Assembly (NCBI RefSeq): GCF_028641065.1
Contig: NC_073414.1
Location: 8,308,001 to 8,372,000, forward strand
Direction of reading: 5' to 3'
Length of the DNA stretch: 64,000 bases
Source of the DNA: Leucoraja erinacea
Lineage: Eukaryota
Part shown: positions 12,001 to 24,419 of the stretch, piece by piece
Layout of the letters: every line of letters begins with the position of its first letter
Position numbering within the stretch: the stretch's first letter is position 1
Notes under the pieces: generated by a model
What the model saw: only the letters and a program-made list of their open reading frames with translations
Databases searched by the model: none
What the model was told of the DNA's origin: nothing
Program-made: the position numbers and the translations under genes

Positions 12001-14163
12001 TGAAGTGGCTGCTCATGGCTGTTGGGACTGATAGAATCTACTTCCTAAATAAAATTATGGGATTGCTATCGGTTTACGAGCCATTGGTATTTAGTTGCTG
12101 CCACATAGCACTAGAGACCTGGGGTTGAGCCTGACCACGGGTGCTGTCTGTACGGAGTTTGCACGTTCTCCCTGTGAGCTGCGTGGGTATTCCCATGGTG
12201 CTCCGGTTTCCTCCCACACTCCAAAGACATACAGATTTGAAGCTTTAAGAAGGAACTGCAGATGCTGGAAAATCAAAGGTGGATAAAAATGCTGGAGAAA
12301 CTCAGCGGGTGCAGCAGCGTCTACAGAGCGAAGGAAATAGGCAACGTTTTGGGCCAAAATGTTGCCTATTCCTTCGCTCCATAGATGCTGCCTCACCCGT
12401 TGAGTTTCTCCAGATTTGAAGGTTAATTGGCTTGGTAAAATTGTCCCTAGCATGTAGACAATAGACAATAGGTACAGGAGTAGGCCATTCGGCCCTTCGA
12501 GCCAGCAACACCATTCAATGTGATCATGGCTAATCATCCCCAATCAGTACCCCGTTCCTGCCTTCTCCCCATATCCCCTGACTCCACTATCTTTAAGAGC
12601 CTTATCTAGCTCTCTCTTGAAAGTATCCAGAGAACCGGCCTCCACCGCCCTCTGAGGCAGAGAATTCCACAGACTCACAACTCTGTATGAAAAAGTGTTT
12701 CCTCGTCTCTGTTTTAAATGGCTTACCCCTTATTCTTAAACAGTGTGGCCCCTGGTTCTGGACTCCCCCTACATCGGGAACATGTTTCCTGCCTCTAACA
12801 TGTACAAACCCTTAACAATCGTATATGTTTCAATAAAATACCCTCTCATCCTTCTAAACTCCAGAGTGCACAAGCCCAGCTGCTCCATTCTCTCAGCATA
12901 TGACAGTCCCCCCATTCTAACTGGCTTGCTCCACAAAAGGACAGGAGCCTGAGCAACTGCCTCCGTGGCTGCCAGCTGATAAGCCCCCTTCCCTCTGACA
13001 TGGGCCACGACTCTGGTGGAATGGGTGGATAAGGAAGGGTAGGCCTTGACTCATCTACTTATCTGTCCACAGCAGGCTGGCCAAGCCCAGGGAGGAGAAG
13101 GGAGGGAGGGGAGGGGGGTTAATCAGATCAAACAACCGAGCCTTGACTGTCAGCGAGCCAACACATGGGGATGAATGAATCAGCAAGGGAAAGACTAGCA
13201 GTTTGGCAGGAACGACACATTGGAAAGAGAAATTGGCTGAAGGCCAGTTATTTTATATAAGATAGACACAAAATGGTGGGACAACTCAGCACGTCAGGTG
13301 CTGCCTGACACACCGAGTTCTTCCAGCATTTTGTGTTCTATCTTCGGGGTAAACCAGCATCTGCAGTTCCTCCCTAGTCATTGTATTTATATAACATTTC
13401 TCACAATCTCAACAAATCCTGGTGTAATCTCATGGTGGAGATGGGCAAATTTGGCAGAAGGGCCTATGTCCATGCAATCTAAACCTAAGGACGTTATCTT
13501 TAGTATGCTGTGCTCTTCATCGTTAGAAATGTAACGTGGAAACAGGCCCTTTGGCCCATCAAGTCCATGCCAGCCAACAATCACCCGTATACCAGTTCTA
13601 CCCCCACAGAAGCCAATTTAGTTAAAAACCTGCATGTCTTTGGAGTGTGGGAGGGAAACCAGAGCACCCGGAGGAAACCCGCGCAGTCCACGGGGACAAC
13701 GTGGAAACTCCGTATGGAAAACACCCGCAGTCAGGATCGAACCCGGGTCTACGAGGCAGCATCTCCACTGCTGAGATAGGTGTGTGTAGGAAGGAATTGC
13801 AGATGCTGGTTTAAACCGAAGGTGGGTACAAAATGCTGGAGTAACTCAGCGGGACAGGCAGCATCTCTAGAGGTGCTGTTTATCTGCATATCTCTAGTTC
13901 CCCTCTCCTCTCCCCATCCATTTCTCCACTCCCTTCACAGTGAGTGGGGGGTGGAGGGAAGTGAGGGGGAGAGGGGGAGTGTATGTGGGTCAGTTAACCA
14001 GTCTCTACCTCCCCCCCAATATAAATCAGTCTGAAGGAGGGTCTCGACCCGAAATCTACACCTATTCCTTGTCGCCCGTCCCGCTGAGTTACTCCAGCAT
14101 TTAGTGTCTGTCCGCGGAGAGACCGACCCTCGAAGGTCAGTGGGACCTCGGACACGTCCTCAC

Positions 14164-14239
14164 CTGCGGCCAGGGCCAGGCGGAGGGTGGCCAGCCCCGT
14201 CATGCCCGTGGAGCCGAAGATCACAACCTTGATGCCCAT
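14164..14239 (-). CDS. BLVRB: BLVRB coding exon 1 (MGIKVVIFGSTGMTGLATLRLALAA-G)
   Basis: ATG at 14239; Rossmann GxxGxxG motif (FGSTGMTG) resembling human BLVRB IFGATGQTG; donor G|gtgagg at 14163; 76 nt, phase 1. Confidence 0.95.
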
Positions 14240-14349
14240 GGTCGGCGGCTTCTCCTCCTCGTCCCAGTGTCTCTGCTTGTTGTTGCTGGTGTTGTTGCTG
14301 CTGCTTCGCCTTCCGGGTAAACTCCCCCCCAGGTGTTGCTCAGCTCCTC

Positions 14350-15170
14350 CCTGTCTCTGTCCATCCCATTATCGACCTCCCTCTCTCTCTCCCCCCTCTC
14401 CCCCTTTCGCCTCCCTCTCTTGCCTCCCTCTCTTTCCTCCCCCTCTCTCCCCACCCCCTCTCTCCCCACTCCCCCTCCCTTCCCCCTGCCCCTTCTCCAC
14501 CCCTTTATCGACCTCCCTCTCCCCCTTATCCCACCCCTCCTCTATCTTTCCCCCAACTCCTCCATAACCTCCCCCGTCACCTGTCACTCCCCTTCATCCC
14601 ACCCCCTCTGCGGCACTTCCCACCTCTCTTTTTCCACTCCTTCACCTTCACTCTCTCTCCCCCTCCCCTTCGACCCCCTCTCATCCCCTCCCTTTCTCTC
14701 TCCACCTCTTTATCGACCTCCCCCTCTCCATCTCTCCCGTCCTCCCCTCTCTCCCCCTCTGTCCACCCCCCCCCCTCTGTCCACCCACCCTCTCCTTCAC
14801 TCCCATCCCTCCTTCTCTCCTCGCAATCTCTCTCCCCCTCCCTCACTCTCCCCCCTACCCCCCCACCCTTCTCTCCAAGGGCTCTGCCGCCCCCCCTCCC
14901 CCTTCTCCCCCTCCCCCTCTCTTCCCCACCCCCTCGCCTACACAACCCCTCCCCTCTGCAACCATGCAACCCGCATTCCTACCTTATCTCTGTCTGACCC
15001 CTCTCCCCCTTATCCCACTCACCCCACCCCTCCTCTATCTTTCCCCCAACTCCTCGTCTAACCTCCACCCTCACCTGTCACTCCCCTTCATCCCACCCCC
15101 TCTGCAGCTTCTTCCCACCTCTCTTTTTCCACTCCTTCACCTTCCCAATCCCTTATCGATCTCCCCATCC
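14350..15170. repeat. C/T-rich low-complexity tract directly upstream of BLVRB (G/A-rich on the sense strand)
   Basis: Polypyrimidine sequence with internal repeats such as ttatcgacctccc and ctatctttcccccaactcctc. Confidence 0.85.
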
Positions 15171-15224
15171 AACATGTGCAGGAAGGATCTGCAGATGCTG
15201 GTTTAAACCGAAGATAGACACAAC

Positions 15225-15262
15225 CAAAGATCCTATAGCAGAGCTCTGCTATAAGATCTTTG
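15225..15262. mobile_element. 38-bp palindromic hAT-type micro-MITE
   Basis: CAAAGATCCTATAGCAGAG/CTCTGCTATAAGATCTTTG; perfect 8-bp TSD gacacaac (15217-15224 / 15263-15270). Confidence 0.8.
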
Positions 15263-15444
15263 GACACAACAAGCTGGGTCTGAAGTAGGGTCTCGACCCG
15301 AAACATTACCCATTCCTTCTCTCCAGAGATGCTGCCTGTCCCGCTGAGTTACTCCAGCTTATTGTGTTTATATATATATATTTTTTTTTTTACAGCGCAA
15401 AAATTCAACATTTTGGCGGTTTATAACAGATATATATATATTAC

Positions 15445-16140
15445 AATACAATACAATACAATATTTATTGTCATTTGAGCCTCAGTGAGGCTCAAACGAA
15501 ATTCCGTTTCCACAGCCATACAAACAAAGACAATTCCTAGACATACACACAATTTAATTCACACAAACATCCATCACAGTGAACCCACTGTGATGGAAGG
15601 CAAAGTCTTTTCTCTCCCCTGTTTTCCATGTCTTTCCTGATGTCCAAGCCCCAGGCGGGCGATGATAAGTCCCACGGCCATTTTAGGTCGTGCCGGGCGA
15701 TTTACGGCCCCGCTCCCGGTCTAAAAATCACAATGTTGGAGCCCCCACGGGCGCTGGAATGTCCCACGGCCATGAAGCCGCGCCGGGCGATGTACGGCCC
15801 CGCTCCGGATTGTTCCAACCCCGCGACACGGGCTGGAGCGTTGCGGGAGCTCCTGGAAGCGGTCTCTCCCCCCGGACCCGCGAGCTCCCGATGTCCCGTC
15901 CACCGGACCTGCGGCTGCGTTGCTGGAGCCTCCGGGCCCCAGGAGTCGAGTTGCAGCAGCGAGTCACCACCGCTCCCCACGCTCCGAGGCCGGCCAGCCC
16001 CACGATGGTGAGCAGTCTGCAGTCTCCCGAGTCGTTCAGGCTGGAGGTCGCTCCACGGTGCTAGGCCCCAACGACAACGGAGACCCGACAGGGAAAAGGT
16101 CGGGTCTCCCGGACAGGGAAGAGATTTTAAACAGTTTCCC
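15445..16140 (-). mobile_element. GC-rich non-coding element with a Rex1-type 3' end and (tattg)n tail
   Basis: Plus-strand (acaat)n tttattgtca-[hairpin tttgagcctca/tgaggctcaaa 15474-15496]-cgaaatt matches the terminal architecture of the local Rex1 copies. Confidence 0.5.
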
Positions 16141-16734
16141 CTAAAGTGCTTGGTGAACATTGGCCCTGCATATATCGGAATTGAAAATATTGGGAATTAT
16201 CGCGTTTGCTCACTGCATTTCATCAACAGTAAGGCATTATTTGTGTCTTTTCTTGATTCCTTTGGTATCTTAAAAAGTCTCAGAAGTGATCAATCTGGCC
16301 AGATTCATTTTCTTTTTGTATGTAAAAACCCACTTGAGAACCATGGGCCATTTAAAAATTTTACAGCCAGATTTATCACTTTTTAGATGCCAAATGAATC
16401 AAGGAAAAACACAAATAATGGGAAGAAAAACGCAGCAACTCTACCGCTGCGCCACCGTTGCCTCACAGGCCAGAGACCTCGGTTCGATCCCGACTACGGT
16501 TGCTGTCTGTGTGGAGTTTGTACGTTCTGTCGGTGAACACGTGGGGTTTCTCCGGGTGCTCCGGTTTCCTCCAACACTCCAAAGACTTGCAGGTTTGTAG
16601 GTTAATTGGCTAATGTAAACATTGTCCCTGGTGGAAGATAGTGCTAGTATGCGGGGTAGGCGCTGGTCCACGGGGCCGAAGGGCCTGTTACTGCACACAG
16701 TTTCTAAAGTAAAGTAATTATGATTCAACTCAAA

Positions 16735-17350
16735 TCAGAGCATTGAGTATAGAAGCTGGGATGTAATGTTAAAATTGTACAAGGCATTGGTGTGACCAAA
16801 TCTGGAGTATGGTGTACAATTTTGGTCGCCCAATTATAGGAAGGATGTCAACAAAATAGAGAGAGTACAGAGGAGATTTACTAGAATGTTGCCTGGGTTT
16901 CAACAACTAAGTTACAGAGATAGGTTGAATAAGTTAGGTCTTTATTCTCTGGAGCGCAGAAGGTTAAGGGGGGACTTGATAGAGGTCTTTAAAATGATGA
17001 GAGGGATAGACAGAGTTTATGTGGACAAGCTTTTCCCTTTGAGAATAGGGAAGATTCAAACAAGAGGACATGACTTCAGAATTAAGGGACAGAAGTTTAG
17101 GGGTAATATGAGGGGGAACTTCTTTACGCAGAGAGTGGTGGTGGTGTGGAATGAGCTCCCAGTGGAAGTGGTGGAGGCAGGTTCATTGGTATCATTTAAA
17201 AATAAATTGGATAAGCATATGGATGAGAAGGGAATGGAGGGTTATGGTATGAGTGCAGGCAGGTGGGACTAAGGGAAAAAAAATTTGTTCGGCATGGACT
17301 TGTAGGGCCGAGATGGCCTGTTTCCGTGCTGTAATTGTTATATGGTTATA
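16735..17350 (+). mobile_element. CR1 LINE 3' fragment, subfamily with gttatatg tail (related copies 29500-30070 + and 33441-33770 -)
   Basis: LSYRDRLNKLGLYSLERRRLRGDLIEVFK...FFTQRVV..WNELP. Confidence 0.85.
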
Positions 17351-18184
17351 ATTATCCTTGATACTAAATTATCCAATTATCCTTGAGCATTTATTCATCA
17401 ACTAGCATCACCGAATATTCTCTGCCACAGGAGGCAGTAGAGGCCAATTCACTTGATGCTTTCAAGAGGGAGTTAAGATTTAGCTCTTAGGGCTAAGGGA
17501 ATCAAGGGGTATGGGGAGAAAACATGAATGGGGTACTGATTTTGCATGATATTGCCATAATATTGAATGGCGATGAAGGCCCGAATGGCCTACTCCTGCA
17601 CCCATTTCTATGATTGCCTATTCATTCCCTCCACTGATACAGCCTATGAAGGGTCTCGACCCGAAATGTTGCCTATTTCCTTCGCTCCATAGATGCTGCC
17701 TCACCCGCTAAGTTTCTCCAGCATTTTTGTCCACCTGCTGAGTTACTCCAGCACTTTGTGTTTTGCTCGAGATTCCAGCATCTGCTGTTCCTTTTTGTTT
17801 TTGTCTTAACGTGATGTTTGGTTTATTTGGCCTATTTGGGACTGTTGTAAACTAATTAATGATTGCCTGGTCAGCAGCTCAGTCATTGTTTCTTCATGTG
17901 ATTGCCACACGGGTATCATCCAGGAATTGTTATCCTCACTGTTTACTTGCTGGGATTTGTGTCATAGGTCGAGTGGCACCATCTACAGTCAGGCTGGTGA
18001 ATTATCCCTCCTGGGCTTAGGCAATGTCAAATGAATGAATGACCTCCAGAGATGACCATTCAAGAGAGTTTATTGTCATGTGTCCCTGACAGGACAATGA
18101 CATTCTTGCTTTGCTTCAGCACAACAGAACATAGTAGGCATTGACTACAAAACAGATCAGTGTGTCCATATACCATTATATAAA

Positions 18185-18419
18185 AGGTACACAAAATTGC
18201 TGGAGAAACTCAGCGGGTGCAGCAGCATCTATGGAGCGAAGACCTCCTCCTCCCCTTTTTCCTTCCTTCTCCCCTCCCACCCCCTATCAATCTGAAGAAG
18301 GGTTTCGGCCCGAAACGTCGCCTGTTTTCTTCGCTCCATAGATGCTGCTGCACCCGCTGAGTTTCTCCAGCATTTTTGTGTACCTTCGATCTTCCAGCAT
18401 CTGCAGTTCCTTCTTGAAC
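18185..18419. mobile_element. PLE pLTR-derived fold-back insertion carrying a minimal hammerhead motif (18292-18319)
   Basis: Inverted pLTR halves; 13-bp TSD accattatataaa (18172-18184 / 18420-18432). Confidence 0.8.
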
Positions 18420-20266
18420 ACCATTATATAAATATATACACACATGAATAAATAAACTGGTAAAGTGCAAATAACAGATAATTGGCTATTAATGTTCATA
18501 GTTTTGTCCGAGCCAAGGTTTAATAGCCTGATTGCTGTGGGGAAGTAGCTATTCCTGAACCTGGTCGTTGCAGTCTTCAGGCTCCTGTACCTTCTACCTG
18601 AAGGTAGTGGTGGGATGAGTGTGTGACCAGTGATGGAAAAATGTATGTAACTATTTCCTTGTGTATTCTATCTGTGTCTGCACAAGATTGTTTACCGAAA
18701 CTGCCTAGGGCACAAGTAATTGACAGGTCTCGGAGATTATGAGTCTATCACAGAACTTGCAGAACGGCTAATCTTGTTCTGGTGTAACTTCAATTCAATT
18801 CAATTCAACTTTAATTTCATCGCACAAATACAAGTATGAGTACAACGAAATGCAGTTTTGCGTCAGTCCGTAGTTGTTGTACATAAAGAAATTAAAAAAA
18901 ATAGAAAGAGAGAAGATACAGAATAATCAAAAAATACAGAATAATTAAACAATGGGGACGGAGGGACCGGAGAAATCTATCGGCGGGACTCCGAGTTCAG
19001 CAGTGTGATTGTGTTGTTGTAGAAGCTGTTCCTCATCCTACTAGTACGTGACCTGAGGCTCCTGTACCGCCTCCCTGATGGGAGGAGGGCAAACAGTCTA
19101 TGGTTGGGGTGTGAGGGGTCTTTGATGATCTTCCCAGCCCGTCTCAGACACCGTTTTCGGTGGAGGGCATCCATGGCAGGGAGCGGTGTAACTTCCCACA
19201 GCTAAATGTTATTTCCCTTGAATTCTGAGTGTCCTTGTTCATTACCATTTGTCTGGATGCTTTTTGTCTGAATCAATGTATAAAAGAGATGGCTTTCAAC
19301 GTTAGCTCAGAGAGGACTCCCACAGACACTTGGGCTCTGTGTGACTATCTCTCTCACAATAACGTTCCTTCAGTTTCTACCTCTGTTTTTGTAATAGTCT
19401 TTGTTGGAAAATTTCTAACAGCCAGGATGGTGTGGGTCCTTGATGATACTGCCAGCCTTTTTGAGGCAGTGATTGCGATAAATCCCCTCGATGGAAAGGA
19501 GGTCAGTGCCGATGATGGACTGGGCAGTGTTTACTACTTTCTGCAGTCTTTTCCTCTCCAGGGCGCTCAAGTTGCCGAACCAAGCCACGATGCAACCGGT
19601 CAGCATGCTCTCTACTGTGCACCTGTAGGAGTTAGATGCTGCCTGACCCACTGAGTTACTCCAGCACTTTGTGCCTACCTTTCAGTTATAGGTGAGGGAT
19701 ATCTTTGATTGACAATGCAAAACCGTCTGGGTGGAGAGGGGGTGGGGGAGAAAGACCCAAAGTGCTGAAGAAACTCAGCGGGTCAGGTTGCATCTCTGGA
19801 GAACATGGATATGTAATTTATTTGGATCAGGAGCTTTCTTCAGACTGATTGTGGTGGGGAAAGGAAGCTGGAACGGCAGAGAGGTAATGTAAAGCCTGAC
19901 GAGTTATAGATGAAAAGGGTGAGTTACTCTAGCACTTTGTGTCTATCTTCGAGTTATAGGTGGGTACAGGTGAAAGAGATTTTTCATAGGCAGATGGCTG
20001 GACAAAGGCCAGTGATGAAAAGTCATAAGGAGTGAGATAAGGATAGAAGTGAAGCCAGATTAAGGAATGTTGGTGGCAGGAGAGAGAGAAGGGGACAAAT
20101 GGGTACAAGTCCAGGTGGGGCATCAGGGAGGGACAGGGGAGGTTAAAGGGCCTGTCCCATTGTCGAGGTAATTCAGAGCTCTCCCGAGTTTAAAAAAATG
20201 GTTAGTAAGAACTAACGAGATGGCTTTTTGAAACGGCTTGAGAAGCAGAATGTCTCCCCCCTGCTG

Positions 20267-20840
20267 TTCAAGAAGGAACTGCAGATGCTGGAAGATCGAA
20301 GGTACACAAAAATGCTGTAGAAACTCAGCGGGTGCAGCAGCATCTATGGAGCGAAGGAAATAGGTGACGTTTCTGGCCGAAACCCTTCTTCAGACTGATG
20401 GGGGGTGGGGGGTGGGGGGGAGAAGGAAGAAAAAAGGGAGGAGGAGGAGCCCGAGGGCGGGGGGGATGGGAGGAGACAGCTCGAGGGTTAAGGAAGGGGA
20501 GGAGCCAGCAAGGGCTAGCAAAATTGGGAGAATTCAACGTTAATGCCATCAGGATGCAAACTGCCCAGGCGGAATATGAGGTGCTGTTCCTCCAATTTCC
20601 GGTATTGCTCACTCTGGCAATGGAGGAGACCCAGGACAGAGAGGTCGGATTGGGAATGAGAGGGGGAGTTGAAGTGCTGAGCCACCGGGAGGTCAGGTTG
20701 GTTATTGCGGGCTGAGCGGAGGTGTTCGGCGAAACGATCGCCCAACCTACGCATAGTCTCCCCGATGTAGATCAGCTGACATCTAGAGCAGCGGATGCAG
20801 TAGATGAGGTTGGAGGAGATACAGGTGAACCTTTGTCGCA
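20267..20840 (-). mobile_element. Penelope-like element 3' fragment encoding GIY-YIG endonuclease C-terminus plus pLTR
   Basis: ORF 20515-20754 RRLGDRFAEHLRS...PVAQHFN..SHS...RKLEEQHLIFRLGSLHPDGIN is typical of PLE GIY-YIG domains. Confidence 0.85.
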
Positions 20841-23837
20841 GTCGTTCCGGAAATTGGAGGAATTTTGTGTACCTTGTCTCCCTCTGCTGCCCAGTTCAAT
20901 CATAATTCTCAGCCCATCACTTCAGTTGTGAAACCGAGTTCCTCTAATATGCTTGAGACTTGCTTAGTTTAGTTGCTTGATGATTGTGGTGAGATTATCT
21001 TTTCATATAATAATAATAATAAACTAAGATTCTTAATTGTTTGGACTTAATTTGGGGGAATGTAACAGCCATGCCTAATTCCTGTTTTTATTCATCTGCT
21101 TCCCTTCCCTGCATTGATTCAAGAGAGTTTATTGTCATGTGTCCCAGATAGGACAATGAAATTCTTGCTTTGCTTCAGCACAACAGAATATAGCAGGCAT
21201 AAATACAGAACAGGTCAGTGTGTCTATATACCAATGAATATATATATACACACATAAATAAGCAGATAAAGTGCATTGGGCTATTAATGTTCAGAGTTTT
21301 GTTTGAGAAGAGTCTAATAGTCTGATGGCTGTAGCTATTCCTGAACCTGGATGTTGCAGTCTTCAGGCTCCTGTACCTTCTACCTGGAGGCAGCGGGGAG
21401 ATGAGTGTGTGGCCAGGATGGTGTGGGTCCTTGATGATGCTGGCAGCCTTTTAGAGGCAGCGACTGCGATAAATCCCCTCGATGGTGGGGAGGTCAGAGC
21501 CGATGATGGACTGGGCAGTGTTTACTACTTTTTGTAATCTGTTCCGCTCCTGGACGCTCAAGTTGCTGAACCAAGCCACGATGCAACCGGTCAGCATGCT
21601 CTCTACTGTGCACCTGTAGAAGTTAGAGAGAGCCCTCCATGACATACCGACTCACCGTAATCTAAGGAAGTAGAGGCGCTGATGAGCTTTCATTGACGAG
21701 TGGTTCTAGAAGATTGTTTGTCAAGGGCAAAGAGGGGCGAGTAATAAACGTTGTGGTTTGCCAGCAATGCCAAAGAACAAACTTGAAGAAGGATTGCAGG
21801 TCCAAAGCAAGCGTTGTCTGCGGAGGGTGCTCAGCATCGCCAAGGACTGCTCTCACCCCAACCATGGACTGTTTACCCTCCTACCATCCGGGAGGCGCTA
21901 CAGGTCTCTCCGTTGCCGAACCAGCAGGTCGAGGAACAGCTTCTTCCCGGCGGCTGTCACTCTACTCAACAACGTACCTCGGTGACTGCCAATCACCACC
22001 CGCCCACCCCGGACACTTATTATTATTTATTCAAACCATTTGCTATGTCGCTCTTCCAGGGAGATGCTAAATGCATTTCGTTGTCTCTGTACTGTACACT
22101 GACAATGACAATTAACATTGACTCTGAATCTGAAGAGGGTGGTTAATTTATGGAATTCACTGCCCCAGGGAGCAGTGGAAGCAGAAACTTAAAATATATT
22201 TAAGACTAAAATAGATGTTTTTTTTAGCTGCCAAGGGGATAAGGGGCTACGGGGAGAGGGCAGGGATATGGACCTAGGTATGGTTAGTATAGTAAGACCT
22301 GAGTGATCTCCTGGACAAGTGTCGATCGCCTGGATTGGGGTCGGAGAGGAATTTCCCGGATTTTTTTCCCGAATTGCACCTGGGTTTTTATCCGTTTTTT
22401 TGCCTCCCCCAGGAGATCACGAGGTTCTTGGGGTGGAGAGGGGTGATAGCGGTATAAAGGGGAGGGTAGTGTCTTGTGTTCTGTGTCTTGTGTCTACTGT
22501 TTGTGGGTAAGTGTGTCTGTTTAGTGTTCAGCCATGAGCGAATGGCGGTGCGGGCTCGACGGACCTGGTGGTCTACTCTCGCACCTACTTTCTATGTTTC
22601 TATGATCTAATGAGCGCAGTGCATTTTTGTTACTGGTTCTGAGGGACTGGAAACTATTAATCTAAGTTATCGGGGTTCTGACGTCTGTGTGGGAAGTAAC
22701 AATCCTGAAAGCAGGGAGATATAGATAATGTTTGGATACATTGACCAAAGGGCACTTGCTGAACAAAAACAAGAGCATGTGCACAAACAAGCAGATTGCA
22801 ATCACACGCAAGTGGACATACAGGGAAGATAATGCAGAAAGTTGTAACCACCGCCCAGTCCATCATCGGCTCTGACCTCCCCACCATCGAAGGGGTCCAT
22901 CGCAGTCGCTGCCTCAAAAAGGCAGCCAACATCATCAAGGACCCACACACCATCCTGGCCACACACTCATCTCTCCGCTACCATCGGGCAGAAGGTACAG
23001 GAGCCTGAAATCTGTTACATCCAGGTTCAGGAACAGCTGCTTCCCCACAGCCATCAGGATATTAAACACACCAACAAACAGACTCTGAACTGTAACAGCC
23101 TATTGCACTTTATCTGCTTATTTATGTGTATATTGAACTGAACTGTCGTGTATTTTTGCTTACAATATTCTGTTGTGTTGCAGCAAAGCAAGAATTTCAT
23201 TGTCCTATCTGGGACACATGACAATAAACTCTCTTGACTTGACATTAAGTGAGTGAAACAAATGATTGCAAATTCTCAGCAAGGATCTCAAGTATTAACT
23301 GTTTCTCGTTCCACAGATGCTGGTGGACCTGCTGGCTGTTTCCAGCATTTTGTATTGGCAGTAGGTTGTTTAACATTTTCTGAAGCCATCTGATTCAAAA
23401 TATGTCTTAACACAAGGCAAGTGCAGTTTGTGCTCTTTTGCAAACTTACTGAGGGGATCTCATTACTGGGAAGTCTCATTTGCTCTGGAAGACAGTAGCC
23501 GTGGTCAGGTTGCAACTCGGATGTCTGGCGCTGCAAGGCAGCAAATTTACCGCTGCGCCACACCTGCACCCTAGTGTCTTTCAGTCCAAACAAAGAACTT
23601 GCTGAAGGTACGAGGGATAGGTTGGCAAACTACATTAAAGACCAGGTTACACAAAAAAGCTGGAGAAACTCAGCGGGTGCAGCGGCATCTATGGAGCGAA
23701 GGAAATAGGCAACGTTTCGGGCCGAAACCCTTCTTCAGACTGATCGGGGGCGGGGGTGGGCGGGGACAAGGTCACCTTGTCCCTGCATTAAAGACCAGGT
23801 CACTGGGCAGGAATTGGGTGGCAACAGAGAAAGGTAA

Positions 23838-24419
23838 GTAAGTTTATTGGCCAAGTATTCACATACAAGGAATTTGCCTTGGTGCTCCGCCCACAAGTAA
23901 CAACATGACATACAGTGACAGTTACGAATTACTCAGAAAACACTAAACATGAATAATAATAAAACACGATTGATCAAGCATGTGAACCAGCAAAATACCA
24001 GATCAAAGGGAGGCTACAGATTTTTGGCTGTTGAGTAGAGCAACTACTCGTGGATAAAAAGTGTTTTTATGTCTGGCTGTGGCAGCTTTGACAGTCCAGA
24101 GCTGCCTTCCAGAGGGAAGTGATTAAAAGAGTTTGTGGGCAAGGTGAGAGGGGTCAGAGATGATCTTGCCCGCTCGCTTCCTGGCCCTTGCAGTGTACAG
24201 TTCGTCAATGGAGGGAAGGTTGCAGCCAATAACCTTCTCTGCTGATCGGAAGATTCGCTGCAGCCTCCAGGTGTCGTGCTTGGTGGCCGAGCCAAACCAG
24301 AACATGATGGAGAAGGTGAGGACAGACTCTACGATGGCCGTGTAGAATTGGGCCATCATTGCCTGTGGCAGATTGTGCTTCCTCAGCTGCCGCAGGAAGT
24401 ACATCCTCCGTTGTGCCTT
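23838..24419 (-). mobile_element. Rex1/Babar-clade LINE 3' fragment, near-identical to the 6855-7503 copy
   Basis: ORF 24123-24404 gives the same peptide; same 3' UTR; short (ttac) tail. Confidence 0.85.

Larger units (their letters stand above)
18060..23242. mobile_element. Cluster of further Rex1/Babar-type LINE fragments (~18060-18640, 18790-19190, 19415-19630, 21120-21690, 21810-22135, 22830-23242)
   Basis: Peptides YRCTVESMLTGCIVAWF, IIKDPSHPNHRLFALLPSGRRYRS, LPSGRRYRSLRCRTSR.RNSFFP; shared 3' ...acaatgacaataaa ends. Confidence 0.75.

Noticed and set aside
14187-15206. Long Pro/Ser/Leu- or Gly/Arg/Glu-rich ORFs upstream of BLVRB
   Set aside because: Products of stop-poor low-complexity sequence; no domain or splice support
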